64,000 bases of DNA, from assembly GCA_963755915.1 (NCBI GenBank), contig CAVWLP010000003.1, positions 1,280,001 through 1,344,000 on the forward strand. The letters run 5' to 3'. Of the stretch, positions 53,822 through 62,669 are shown one piece after another. Each line of letters begins with the position of its first letter. Position 1 is the stretch's first letter. This DNA is from an uncultured Phycisphaerales bacterium. GTDB taxonomy: Bacteria > Planctomycetota > Phycisphaerae > Tepidisphaerales > Tepidisphaeraceae. The notes under the pieces were generated by a model. That model had not been told where the DNA came from. It searched no databases and saw only the letters and a list, made by a program, of their open reading frames with translations. Both the position numbers and the translations under genes were made by a program.

Positions 53822-53897
53822 GTCATTGATTCGAGTATCTGGTTTCCCTTCGACTCACTTCGCTCGCTCAGGGCGTGAGCTTGTCGAACGCGGGTTT
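53822..53897. repeat. 76-bp repeat, inverted relative to 58741-58816
   Basis: cccttcgactcacttcgctcgctcagggcgtgagcttgtcgaacgcgggttt embedded in 7-mer repeats. Confidence 0.82.
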
Positions 53898-53953
53898 CTG
53901 GTTTTTGCGTTGGGGATGGCTATTTGAGCGTGGGTGGATTATTTTCTGTCTGA

Positions 53954-55343
53954 AATGAACTCACGCATGATGGCTGGGATCGGGCTGGGACTCATCGTGA
54001 TGGCCGGGGCGGCGGCACTTGGGGATGACGGGGCAGCGGCAACAGCACAGGCTTCGTTCGGGGCCTTGGCGGCGACACCGCCGATGGGGTGGAACAGTTA
54101 CGATGCGTTTGGGGATAGCGTTACCGAAGCCGAAGTGCTGGCGAATGCGCGTTATATGCGCGACCATCTCGCTGGGCATGGGTGGAAATATGTGGTCGTG
54201 GATTTTCGATGGTATGACCCGCAGCCTACGGGCAACGACGTGCTGCTGAATACCACGCGGTTGAACGCGGCGCTTTCGATGGATGAGTTTGGGAGGCTGG
54301 TGCCGGCGCCGAATCGGTTTCCGTCATCGGTCGGGGGGAAGGGGTTTGGGCCGCTGGCGGATGAGATTCACGGGATGGGCCTGAAGCTGGGGATTCACGT
54401 GATGCGGGGAATTCCGCGAATGGCGGTGAAAGCAAATACGCTGATCGAGGCGACGGATTTCCGGGCCTGGGATGCCAGCAGCTTCGATCGGTGCCCGTGG
54501 TGTCCGGATATGTTTGGCGTGGATGTCTCCCATCCGGCCGGGCAGGCGTGGTATGACTCGATCTTCCGGCTCTATGCGAGTTGGGGCGTGGATTTTGTGA
54601 AAGTGGATGATCTTTCGTCGCCCTACCATGCGGATGAAATCGCGGCGATTCGCAAAGCGATCGATGGGTGCGGCAGGCAAATCGTTTTCAGCACCTCGCC
54701 GGGCCCTACGCCGGTGACGGATGGGAGGAACATTTCGCGGGAAGCAAACATGTGGCGGATTTCCGGCGATTTCTGGGATCACTGGGAAAAGCTGGATCAT
54801 CAGTTTGAATTGATCTCGCGCTGGCGGGGATACGGCGGGGATGGGCATTGGCCCGATGCCGACATGATTCCGTTCGGGCATCTGGGAATTCGCTCGGCAA
54901 TAGGGGGCCCGGACCGGCAGACGCGATTGACGAAGGATGAGCAGCGGACGCTGATCACGCTGTGGTGCCTGGCGCCGTCGCCGCTGATGTTCGGGGGGAA
55001 TCTGCCGGATGATGATGCGTGGACGGATTCGCTGCTGACGAATGATGAGGTGATCGCGGTGGATCAGGATTCGGCGGGGAAGCAAGCGGTGCGCATCGTG
55101 CGGGATGGGGGGAAAGAGGTTTGGGTGAAAAATTTGGCCGGCGGGGATTTGGCGGTAGGGTTGTTTAACCGCGGGGAGAATCAAGAAGCGGTGGATTTTC
55201 AGGCGCAGGATTTAAAAGTTCCGGCGAAGGCTTTGGTTCGAGATTTGTGGCAGCATAAGGACCTGGGGAATGCCGGGGAGCAGATGACAATCGCGGTGCC
55301 GGGGCACGGGGCGGTGATGTTAAGAGTGACCGCGGCGAAATAG
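53954..55343 (+). CDS. GH27 alpha-galactosidase/beta-L-arabinopyranosidase-like, secreted
   Basis: TPPMGWNSYD, VVVDFRW, WGVDFVKVD, MWRISGDFWD, WPDADM, VRDLW. Confidence 0.9.
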
Positions 55344-55432
55344 TTCAGCTCTGAAATTTCAAATTAACATTTATTTTTGTATTTCTTGCGCTCTTGGCGT
55401 CTTAAGCGAAGCGGGCGGTTATATAGCTTCTG

Positions 55433-55498
55433 GTGCCGCCGGTGTCCCCACCGGCGGTTATGGGCGGGCGATTCCGCCGGTGAGGACACCGGCGGCAC
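55433..55498. repeat. 25-bp-arm hairpin between convergent genes
   Basis: gtgccgccggtgtccccaccggcgg / ccgccggtgaggacaccggcggcac. Confidence 0.7.
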
Positions 55499-55558
55499 TG
55501 AATAATTTGTATACTCCACTACGCCAAGAAATAAATGCAATTCATTGTGTTGTTGTTT

Positions 55559-56250
55559 TTATCTGGCAAGCAGTGCCGCGATATGCGCAAGAAAGCGGTC
55601 GATTGCTGGCGCCCAATCGATGGCAAGCCGGTGGACGTAGAGGGCGGTGATGGCGCCGGTGAAGACGTCCATGGTGTAGTGGGCGCGGAGGAGCAGGACG
55701 ACGGAGATTTCGAAGAGGGCGAAGGTTAGGCCGAGGATAATTCCAGCGGGGCCGAGCGTCGACGCGAGCGTCGCGGCGGCGTAGACAGCGATGGCGGTGT
55801 GGCCGGAGAAGAAAAGGTCGGTGGAGGTGCCGTAGGTGACGAAGAGCGTGGGGACGCCGGTCTTTCGCCAGATCATTCCCGGCGGCGGAGGGAGGGGACA
55901 GAAGAATTGGCAGAGCTGCGCAGCGCGAAGATGATGAAGAGGCCGAGGAAGGGCTGAATGCTCGAGCCCAGGAGTGCTGACGCGAGGAGATAGATTCCCA
56001 GAGCGTCGATGACGGCGGAGCTGGAGATAAGCAGAAAATTGGCGCGAGGGGAATTCCAGCAGCCGGCGATTGATGGGGGCAGTGAGGCGGTGCAGGGCGT
56101 CGCAAATCGCGGCTTCGGGAGGGAGGAGAATGGGGGTACGCCGGCCGAGCAGGGCCTGGGTCCAGAACCAGATGCCAAGAGCGACGGCGATGGCGCAGCG
56201 CGGGTGAGAACCAGCGGAAATGAGATGGATGCAATGGTTGTTACGTTCAC
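55559..56250 (-). CDS. PAP2-superfamily membrane phosphatase (frameshifted)
   Basis: DLFFSGHTA, RAHYTMDV. Confidence 0.72.
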
Positions 56251-57452
56251 GGGGATTTATCGGAAGTGTTTTCGATTCCGAGCATGGATTTGAGCTGCGA
56301 TTCGATCTGGCTCATGAGCGGATCATCGGATCCGCGCGCTTTGCGCGATGGGGAGACTTCAATGGCTTCGCCGACGGTGATGGTGGCGTGAAGCTCCCCG
56401 TGCACGGTGACGGCATCGGTGAGATCTTCCTCGAAGCGCTCGACGGTTTCGAGAATGCGCATCGGCGAGGGGTTGGAACGGACGTAATCGGGTGGATAGT
56501 GGAAAAGCTGCTGGGCGAGGTAAAGGTCGGCAAGCTGGGTCCAGCGGCGATGCCGCTCGGCGTCGTCGATCTCGTTCTTGGTCATGTCGGGTAAGATCGC
56601 GGAGCGAAGACGCTTCACGCGCGTGGGGACAGAGCCTTCGCGGTTGCCGTTGACCCATTGCGATTCGAGGGGCGCCAGAATTGAATCGATCAGGGCGGCA
56701 AGGCGCGGGCCCACGTCGCCATTTTTGGATTCGCCCAGGTATTCGAGCTCCTTGAGGGCCAGCAAGGCGCTGCCGGTTTTATAGATGCGCTCGACGAGCG
56801 GAAGATTGCGCTGTTTTCGCCAGGTGAGGCGGGCTTCGATCTGGTCGAGCATCGCGTGCATTTCCGGCTCGATGTTGCCCTGGACCTGGTAGTGAATGGC
56901 GATCGGATGGACGACGACTTTTTTCGGGGGCTCGAGCTTGGCGCGCTTTTTGGCGGCCGAGCGGGCGATGAGAGCGGTGCCTTCGAGAAGCTCGTTGAGA
57001 TGCTGGTTGGTGCGGGAAACGATGCCTTCCGGGAAAATCACCAGAGGGTGCGCGGCGGATTCGAGGATCTCGACGGAAGTGTTGACGGCCGTGCGGTCGA
57101 TCCCTTCACGATAAATGCTGAACGCGCCCGCCCGGCGGAGAATGAAGGCGTGGAAGCGGCCCTGCATGAAGAGGTGCCAGCTTGCCAGGATGAAGAACGG
57201 AGAGTGAACGGCCCGGGAGAGGAAGCCCATCACGAAGGGGTCTTCGTCGCGCGAGTGGTTGGGGGTGAGGAGGATGCCGTGATTTTCGCGGAGGGATTGG
57301 GCGAGCCGGTCGGCGTGGAGGCAATCGACTTTGGTGATGCCAAATTTATTTTTGAGGAGATGGGGGACGTAGAGGGTGAGGAGCCCGGGCCAGAGGTTGC
57401 CGCGGTATGGGGGGACGGGGACGTAGGGTTTGTCGATGATGATGTTTTGCAT
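56247..57452 (-). CDS. phospholipid/glycerol acyltransferase
   Basis: TPNHSRDED (HX4D), VIFPEG. Confidence 0.85.
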   Translation of the reverse strand: MQNIIIDKPYVPVPPYRGNLWPGLLTLYVPHLLKNKFGITKVDCLHADRLAQSLRENHGILLTPNHSRDEDPFVMGFLSRAVHSPFFILASWHLFMQGRFHAFILRRAGAFSIYREGIDRTAVNTSVEILESAAHPLVIFPEGIVSRTNQHLNELLEGTALIARSAAKKRAKLEPPKKVVVHPIAIHYQVQGNIEPEMHAMLDQIEARLTWRKQRNLPLVERIYKTGSALLALKELEYLGESKNGDVGPRLAALIDSILAPLESQWVNGNREGSVPTRVKRLRSAILPDMTKNEIDDAERHRRWTQLADLYLAQQLFHYPPDYVRSNPSPMRILETVERFEEDLTDAVTVHGELHATITVGEAIEVSPSRKARGSDDPLMSQIESQLKSMLGIENTSDKSP

Positions 57453-57727
57453 ATCGAAGTGGGTGATAGAGTGAAGGGGAGAGGAGGCGGCGTCAAATTT
57501 TGGAGGCAGTTGCAAATGTTGATTTGAATGTGCGGGACCGCCGGTGTGAGGGACAGGGGGAAGATTTTTTTCGGTTACGGCTTTCGTGACGAGAAGAGGC
57601 GGGAGCTCGTATATCACATCCGGCTCCGCCGCCGGGCACATGGCTGGGCTGATGACGTTCGGGGCGGCGTTGAGGTGCTGGGCTGGAGTGGCCGCCGGCG
57701 AAATCTCGCGAGTGAGAGAAAGCACCA

Positions 57728-58666
57728 TCAAGGCGCAAGCAGGTAAATGTTGGCGAGGTCTTTCGCGGAAATCATGTGCGTTTCGACATGCCCGTCCGCG
57801 AAGCCGACGTTGATTTTTCCCTAGTGTCGGATCGGGTCGAAGTTTTGCGGGTCGCCGGCAAGGGAATCGCCGGTGAGCGCGTCGGCCAGGGTGACGGGGC
57901 CGGTGGGGACTTTATTGTAGACGGTGCTGAAATTGATCTGGTTGGAGATAGTGCTGAAGTGGGCGTCGGTCGATCGGGTGATGTCGCCGCCGAGGCCGTC
58001 GGCGAGGAGCATGGTTTGGGACGGGGCGCGGATCGAGGTAATGAGCCCGCGCTTGCGGCCGAAGTTGTCGTCCCAGCCGAGGACGGCTTCGTTATAAATA
58101 AAGCTCTGGGTTTCCTGCCAGATGATGTCGACATTGCCAGAGCCGTAGGTTGTGGTGGGATTTCCCATGTAGAGGCCCGGCCCGCCGATGGGGCCAGGGT
58201 CGGGGAGATGGGAGGGGCAGCGGAAGATGCGCAGGAACCCCTGCGGGTCGGCCTGGGCGATGTTGAGATCGTTCACGCTTTGGGCCAGGCCGATGCGGTT
58301 GTCGCCGACGTCGGAGGCGAACGAGGCGGTGAAGCACATGAGAGCGTCGTTGACGCTCAGCACGGTGAAGTTGAGGTAGTTGTAGCGGACGCGCAGCGGG
58401 TCATTGAGTCCGGCCGCGTTGGTTTCCGTCACCGAGAGCAGGCCGACGAGCGGAACGTAGCCTTGGTGCGTGTCGGCGTGATTGTGGACGAGATTAAGGA
58501 TCTGGTGGATCTGCGAAGAGCACTGGATTCGCTGGGCCGCACGCTGGGCGCCGGTGAGGGGGGGGAAGAGCATCGCGATGAGAATGACGATGATGGCGAT
58601 GACGACGAGGAGCTCGACGAGAGAGAAGGCGGGGGAGATTCTAGTTCGATTGGATTGGTCGGCCAT
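57728..58666 (-). CDS. prepilin-type N-terminal / H-X9-DG protein with an in-frame TAG at 57821-57823
   Basis: AFSLVELLVVIAII; FRCPS; RH*GKINVGFADGHV. Confidence 0.8.
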
Positions 58667-58740
58667 ATTCAGACCCGGGAAATGACCGTGTGGCGGGAGA
58701 GAAATTAGATCGGGCCGGCCAATGGGTCAAGGAAAATCCG

Positions 58741-58816
58741 AAACCCGCGTTCGACAAGCTCACGCCCTGAGCGAGCGAAGTGAGTCGAAGGGAAACCAGA
58801 AATCCGAATCAATGAC
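58741..58816. repeat. 76-bp repeat, inverted relative to 53822-53897
   Basis: aaacccgcgttcgacaagctcacgccctgagcgagcgaagtgagtcgaagggaaaccaga. Confidence 0.82.
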
Positions 58817-58961
58817 GAATGACGAAATCCGAATTGAGACCTTTGAAAAACCGTCCACCAATCCCAAATAAAACCCGGCGCGGCGACTTCACTCGCCGTG
58901 TCTTCGAAAAGTTGAGGATTTGCTGAAACTGATCGATTCAGGCGCGGTAAAATCTACGGCG

Positions 58962-59516
58962 ATGAAGCAATTCACCCGATGGCTTTTCCGCGGACTCGCT
59001 GCAATCTCGCTGATTCTTTGCATCGTTATTATTGCGCTGGGCATCAGAAGCCATTGGGCCGCCGATTCTGCCGCTGTTTGGGGCAAACCATCCGCCGCGG
59101 GGCAAGTCGATGATGGGTGCATGGTTCGAATTACCTCTTTTCAGGGGAGCATGGAGATTCGACAAACATACCTGCTATGGATAAAGGATGTCAGCTTCTC
59201 AGGCGAACCGGTGCCGGACCGATCACGATCCTTTGGATTTCCAGGATTCCGTTGGCAAACCTCCTGGTTTGGCCCGTCATTGCTGGAATATCCCGGCAAA
59301 TATGATGGGACGACGCGAACGCTCCGTGTGAGTGATTGGTTGCTGGTGCCTGTCACTGCGATCTTGCCGATCATTGGCCTGTTCCGCTGGCTCAAACGCG
59401 ATCGTTTTGCCGCGGATTGCTGTCAGAAATGCGGGTACGATCTTCGCGCCACGCCGGAACGATGTCCGGAATGTGGGACCATCCAGCCGCCGAAAAAAGA
59501 GATTGCCGCGAGCTGA
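58962..59516 (+). CDS. array gene 1: 2-TM protein with C-terminal CxxCGYDLRATPxRCPECG Zn-ribbon
   Basis: RWLFRGLAAISLILC; CQKCGYDLRATPERCPECG. Confidence 0.8.
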   Translation: MKQFTRWLFRGLAAISLILCIVIIALGIRSHWAADSAAVWGKPSAAGQVDDGCMVRITSFQGSMEIRQTYLLWIKDVSFSGEPVPDRSRSFGFPGFRWQTSWFGPSLLEYPGKYDGTTRTLRVSDWLLVPVTAILPIIGLFRWLKRDRFAADCCQKCGYDLRATPERCPECGTIQPPKKEIAAS

Positions 59517-59658
59517 ATCATCCCACAACGTCACGTTGCACTTCATGTACTACAACTATTGCCGGATTCACCAGACGCTTCGCGTCACACCGGCGATGCA
59601 AGCCGGGCTGGCCGATCATGTTTGGGAGCTTGAGGGATTAGTGAACCTTTTGGGCTAA
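59515..59658 (+). pseudogene. IS1-family-like transposase 3' tail fragment (copy 1)
   Basis: HNVTLHFMYYNYCRIHQTLRVTPAMQAGLADHVWELEGLVNLLG*. Confidence 0.75.
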
Positions 59659-59679
59659 GCGATACGCCGTATCTCGCGA

Positions 59680-59970
59680 CTAGAGTTCGTCGCCTCCTAT
59701 TCTAGATTCGTAAAATCCGATGGCAATCGCCCCAAAAAGACATGGCGGAAATATATCCCATGCGATTTTCTCGCACCACAAATTAACGACCCAATCCTGC
59801 CTTGAAACCTCAGTGTATTTCCCGTGGTCAACGACATAAAAGCGACCATTCTGTACCCTTCCAGATTCGGCGCTGCCGCCCATGAGTATGTCTGCAAGAA
59901 CAAACGGCAGGAAGGACAAAATTGCCGCCGCAAAAAACATTTCCCTTATTCGAGTTAGCCTTTTCTTCAC
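59680..59970 (-). CDS. small 2-TM passenger protein (lower GC)
   Basis: 96-aa ORF; GRVQNGRFYV..HGKYTEVS. Confidence 0.55.
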   Translation of the reverse strand: MKKRLTRIREMFFAAAILSFLPFVLADILMGGSAESGRVQNGRFYVVDHGKYTEVSRQDWVVNLWCEKIAWDIFPPCLFGAIAIGFYESRIGGDEL

Positions 59971-60010
59971 GCCAGAAAATATACATCAAAATCAACGTGG
60001 AAATTAAATT

Positions 60011-60185
60011 TTAATTCAAACCGACCCACTACCGAATTCCAGGGAAACCCGACAGGCGACCAATCGCCGCGTGATTGCGGGCAGCCGGGAACGGCAGGCG
60101 AAAGAGGCGCAACGCGAGGGTTGCACAGAACATGTCTGGGAGACTGAGGAATTGGTGGGGCTTATCGACTGAGGCGGGGTAGAAT
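60011..60185 (+). repeat. 175-bp array repeat: IS1-like end + hairpin spacer + transposase-tail/promoter motif (copy a)
   Basis: near-collinear with 61443-61617. Confidence 0.88.
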
Positions 60186-60193
60186 TACCGCGA

Positions 60194-60845
60194 ATGAAAC
60201 GGTTCCGCCGCCGGCAGTTCAACGCGCTAAGTGGGATGTCGTTGGTGCTGCTGGCGGTAACGCTGTCAATGTGGCTTTTGGGGCCAACAAAAGTCTATTG
60301 GAACTGGGCCGGCAGCGGTGGAAATCTGCAATTCTTCGCCAGGACAATCGTCTACTCGCGCGGCAACTATTTTAGTCAACCGGGGGGGCGCTCGCCCCAA
60401 TCAGGCCGTTGACTATTGGATCGCCGGATACACGCATCGTTCCGGAGTGTTTCCAGAAAACTACGATATCCGCAAACAGGGCTGGGTTGGGTTCAACGCC
60501 GATGAATGGTGGATAAGCCTGCCTTGGGTGGCAGTGCTGACGGCCTTGCTCCCTTTGGTTTTGCTCCTTGATGCGCATTTGAAATACACGCGGTGGAGGA
60601 CGATGCGCCGATCGGGTCGCTGTTCTAATTGCGGCTACGATCTTCGCGCCACGCCGGATCGATGCCCCGAATGCGGGACGATTCCATCGCCGAAAAAAGT
60701 GATCGCCGCGAGCTTAATCATCCCCAAAACGTCACGTTGCACTTCATGCACTTTAACTACTGCCGGGTTCACCAGACGCTTCGCGTTACACCAGCGATGC
60801 AAGCCGGGCTGGGCGATCATGTTTGGGAGATTGAGGAGCTGGTAA
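60194..60845 (+). CDS. array gene 2: Zn-ribbon membrane protein (frameshift at G7 60382-60388; stop lost)
   Basis: RRQFNALSGMSLVLL; CSNCGYDLRATPDRCPECG. Confidence 0.7.
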
Positions 60846-60859
60846 CGCTTCTGGATTAA
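60715..60859 (+). pseudogene. IS1-family-like transposase 3' tail fragment (copy 2)
   Basis: NHPQNVTLHFMHFNYCRVHQTLRVTPAMQAGLGDHVWEIEELVTLLD*. Confidence 0.75.
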
Positions 60860-60879
60860 CGCCCCGTTAGAATGTCAGC

Positions 60880-61446
60880 GTGAAACGCCGCTTATTCAAT
60901 GTGATGGCGGGGCTGTCGCTGGTGCTTGCGTTCGTTGTATGCATTCAGTGGTATCGCGGCTACCAAGAACAGGATCAATTGTCGATCCGGCGTTATGTCG
61001 GGGTGCGCGAACATCCGACCCAAGAGCAATTCGGTGTCGTTTGCTGCCAAGGGGCGTTCTGGTTCTATGCAAGCTGGCAGCGGTCCGACACAATAAACGC
61101 TGCGCCTTCATTGCTTGTCGAATGGCAGCAGCAGCTAGACCTTGGCTGGCGCGTGCGCATCAGAACCTACATCAACCCCATCTATCCTTCGTTTCGCACC
61201 GGATGGATTAACAGATTTGGCTTTCACGCTTCCCACGACAACCGTGCCGTCAATGTCCTGATCCCCATGTGGTTTTGTGCATGTTGCACAATCGCCTTGC
61301 CATTAGCTTGGATACTCTTTGCTCGAAGCCGTGTCCTTCGGGGGCATTACCCTGGAGCAAAGCCCTGCCCGCAATGTGGGTATGACCTTCGCGCCACGCC
61401 TGATCGCTGTCCGGAGTGTGGAAAATCCCCCGATAAAACTATTTAA
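60880..61446 (+). CDS. array gene 3: Zn-ribbon membrane protein
   Basis: MKRRLFNVMAGLSLVL; CPQCGYDLRATPDRCPECG. Confidence 0.8.
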   Translation: MKRRLFNVMAGLSLVLAFVVCIQWYRGYQEQDQLSIRRYVGVREHPTQEQFGVVCCQGAFWFYASWQRSDTINAAPSLLVEWQQQLDLGWRVRIRTYINPIYPSFRTGWINRFGFHASHDNRAVNVLIPMWFCACCTIALPLAWILFARSRVLRGHYPGAKPCPQCGYDLRATPDRCPECGKSPDKTI

Positions 61447-61617
61447 TTTCAAACTGCCCACTACCGAATTCCGGAGAAACTTGACAGGCGACAAATCGCC
61501 GCGTGATTGCGGGCAGCCGGGAACGGCAGGCGAAAGAGGCGTGACGCGAGGGCTGCACAGAACATGTTTGTGAGATTGAGGAATTGCTGAAGCTGATCGA
61601 CTGACGCGCGGTACAAT
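61443..61617 (+). repeat. 175-bp array repeat (copy b)
   Basis: ttaatttcaaactgcccactacc gaattcc...gaggaattgctgaagctgatcgactgacgcgcggtacaat. Confidence 0.88.
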
Positions 61618-61678
61618 TTCCAGCCGATCAACTGCGTTCTACATTCGTTCCGGATTTAAGAGCCGGCTCGGAGGAACG

Positions 61679-62017
61679 GTGAAATCGCACATACGCCACG
61701 AAATTGTCAATTTGGTTCTCGCCATCCCGATACTCGTGATTTCAGTCTGGATCGGATCGGAGACGCCGGATTTGCTCAATCCTTTTAATCACGGTTATAT
61801 GCCGGATCTGTGGATTCTGGTGCTTCCGGCACTCCTTGCGTCAGCAGGGATTGTGGTAAATAACCTCTTGGCCATCATAATCTATTTTTATCAAGGAACT
61901 CCGCGCCAGCCGTCAACGGCATGCTCCCAATGCGGCTACGACCTCCGCGCCACGCCCGACCGTTGCCCGGAATGCGGAACAATCCCACCCCCGAAAAAAG
62001 AGATTGTCGCGACGTGA
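61679..62017 (+). CDS. array gene 4: Zn-ribbon membrane protein with unrelated N-terminus
   Basis: ggagga RBS; CSQCGYDLRATPDRCPECG..PKKEIVAT. Confidence 0.78.
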   Translation: MKSHIRHEIVNLVLAIPILVISVWIGSETPDLLNPFNHGYMPDLWILVLPALLASAGIVVNNLLAIIIYFYQGTPRQPSTACSQCGYDLRATPDRCPECGTIPPPKKEIVAT

Positions 62018-62030
62018 ATCACGTCCACGC

Positions 62031-62439
62031 TCAGGCAGTCTGCGCGAGCAGGGCGTTGAATCCGGCTTGGGTAAAATGGCGATCGCCCGTGAGCGCATCT
62101 GTCAGGCCCTGGCGCTGCATTGTTACGAACGACGTGCAATCGGTCAGGCTCCAGGATTGATCGGCTCGAGCACGGAACAAATCGGCCGCGGATTGAAATA
62201 ACTCCTGTGATGGCGGAATCAGTTGGCAAAGCGGATCGCTGTCAAAGCGATCCAGGAGCCCAACGAATATGGCTCGATCGCGCGGGGCTGAAAGCCCGTC
62301 ACCCACTTCCGTAAACACCACGCAGTTGTGACAATCAGACCTTCGTAAGTTTGTGAGAATTCGCGAGCCGCGCCGTGAGCGGCGTCGCGCGGGTTCAACA
62401 GTGCGAAAAATAATAGCTGTCGGCAAAGACCGCCTTCAC
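62031..62439 (-). CDS. PIN-domain (VapC-like) toxin (frameshifted)
   Basis: VFADS..FALLNPRD..H; WSLTDCTSF..M; ALTGDRHFTQAGF. Confidence 0.82.
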
Positions 62440-62669
62440 TTCTTCTCCCGACCATGAAGGTAGTGATCATGATTCTCAGCCATGTCCGCTGGAAGATCGG
62501 GGCATGATCCGACAAGGTTCCCGAACCGCTCGAGCAATGTGCTCGCCGGCTGGGGATCGGTGCTCGGCCGCGGAGGTTGGACTGCAACCTCCACCTCCGC
62601 ACCCTCAGGTAACTGGACCGCCTGATCCAATACGACCACGCCGTTCTTGATATGGCCTCGATAGGTCAT
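62436..62669 (-). CDS. putative antitoxin
   Basis: MTYRGHIKNGVVVLD..LPEGAEV; DLPADMAENHDHYLHG; overlaps the toxin start. Confidence 0.75.
   Translation of the reverse strand: MTYRGHIKNGVVVLDQAVQLPEGAEVEVAVQPPRPSTDPQPASTLLERFGNLVGSCPDLPADMAENHDHYLHGREKK

Noticed and set aside
57821-57823. Genome-wide TAG recoding
   Set aside because: lysA, sthA and gnd end normally at TAG.
58911-62032. Array as a DGR, CRISPR or classical integron
   Set aside because: No reverse transcriptase, cas or intI in the window. Differences are not adenine-specific and there are no regular short repeat-spacer units. The taac-gcccc-gttag at ~60857-60870 is too short for an attC.
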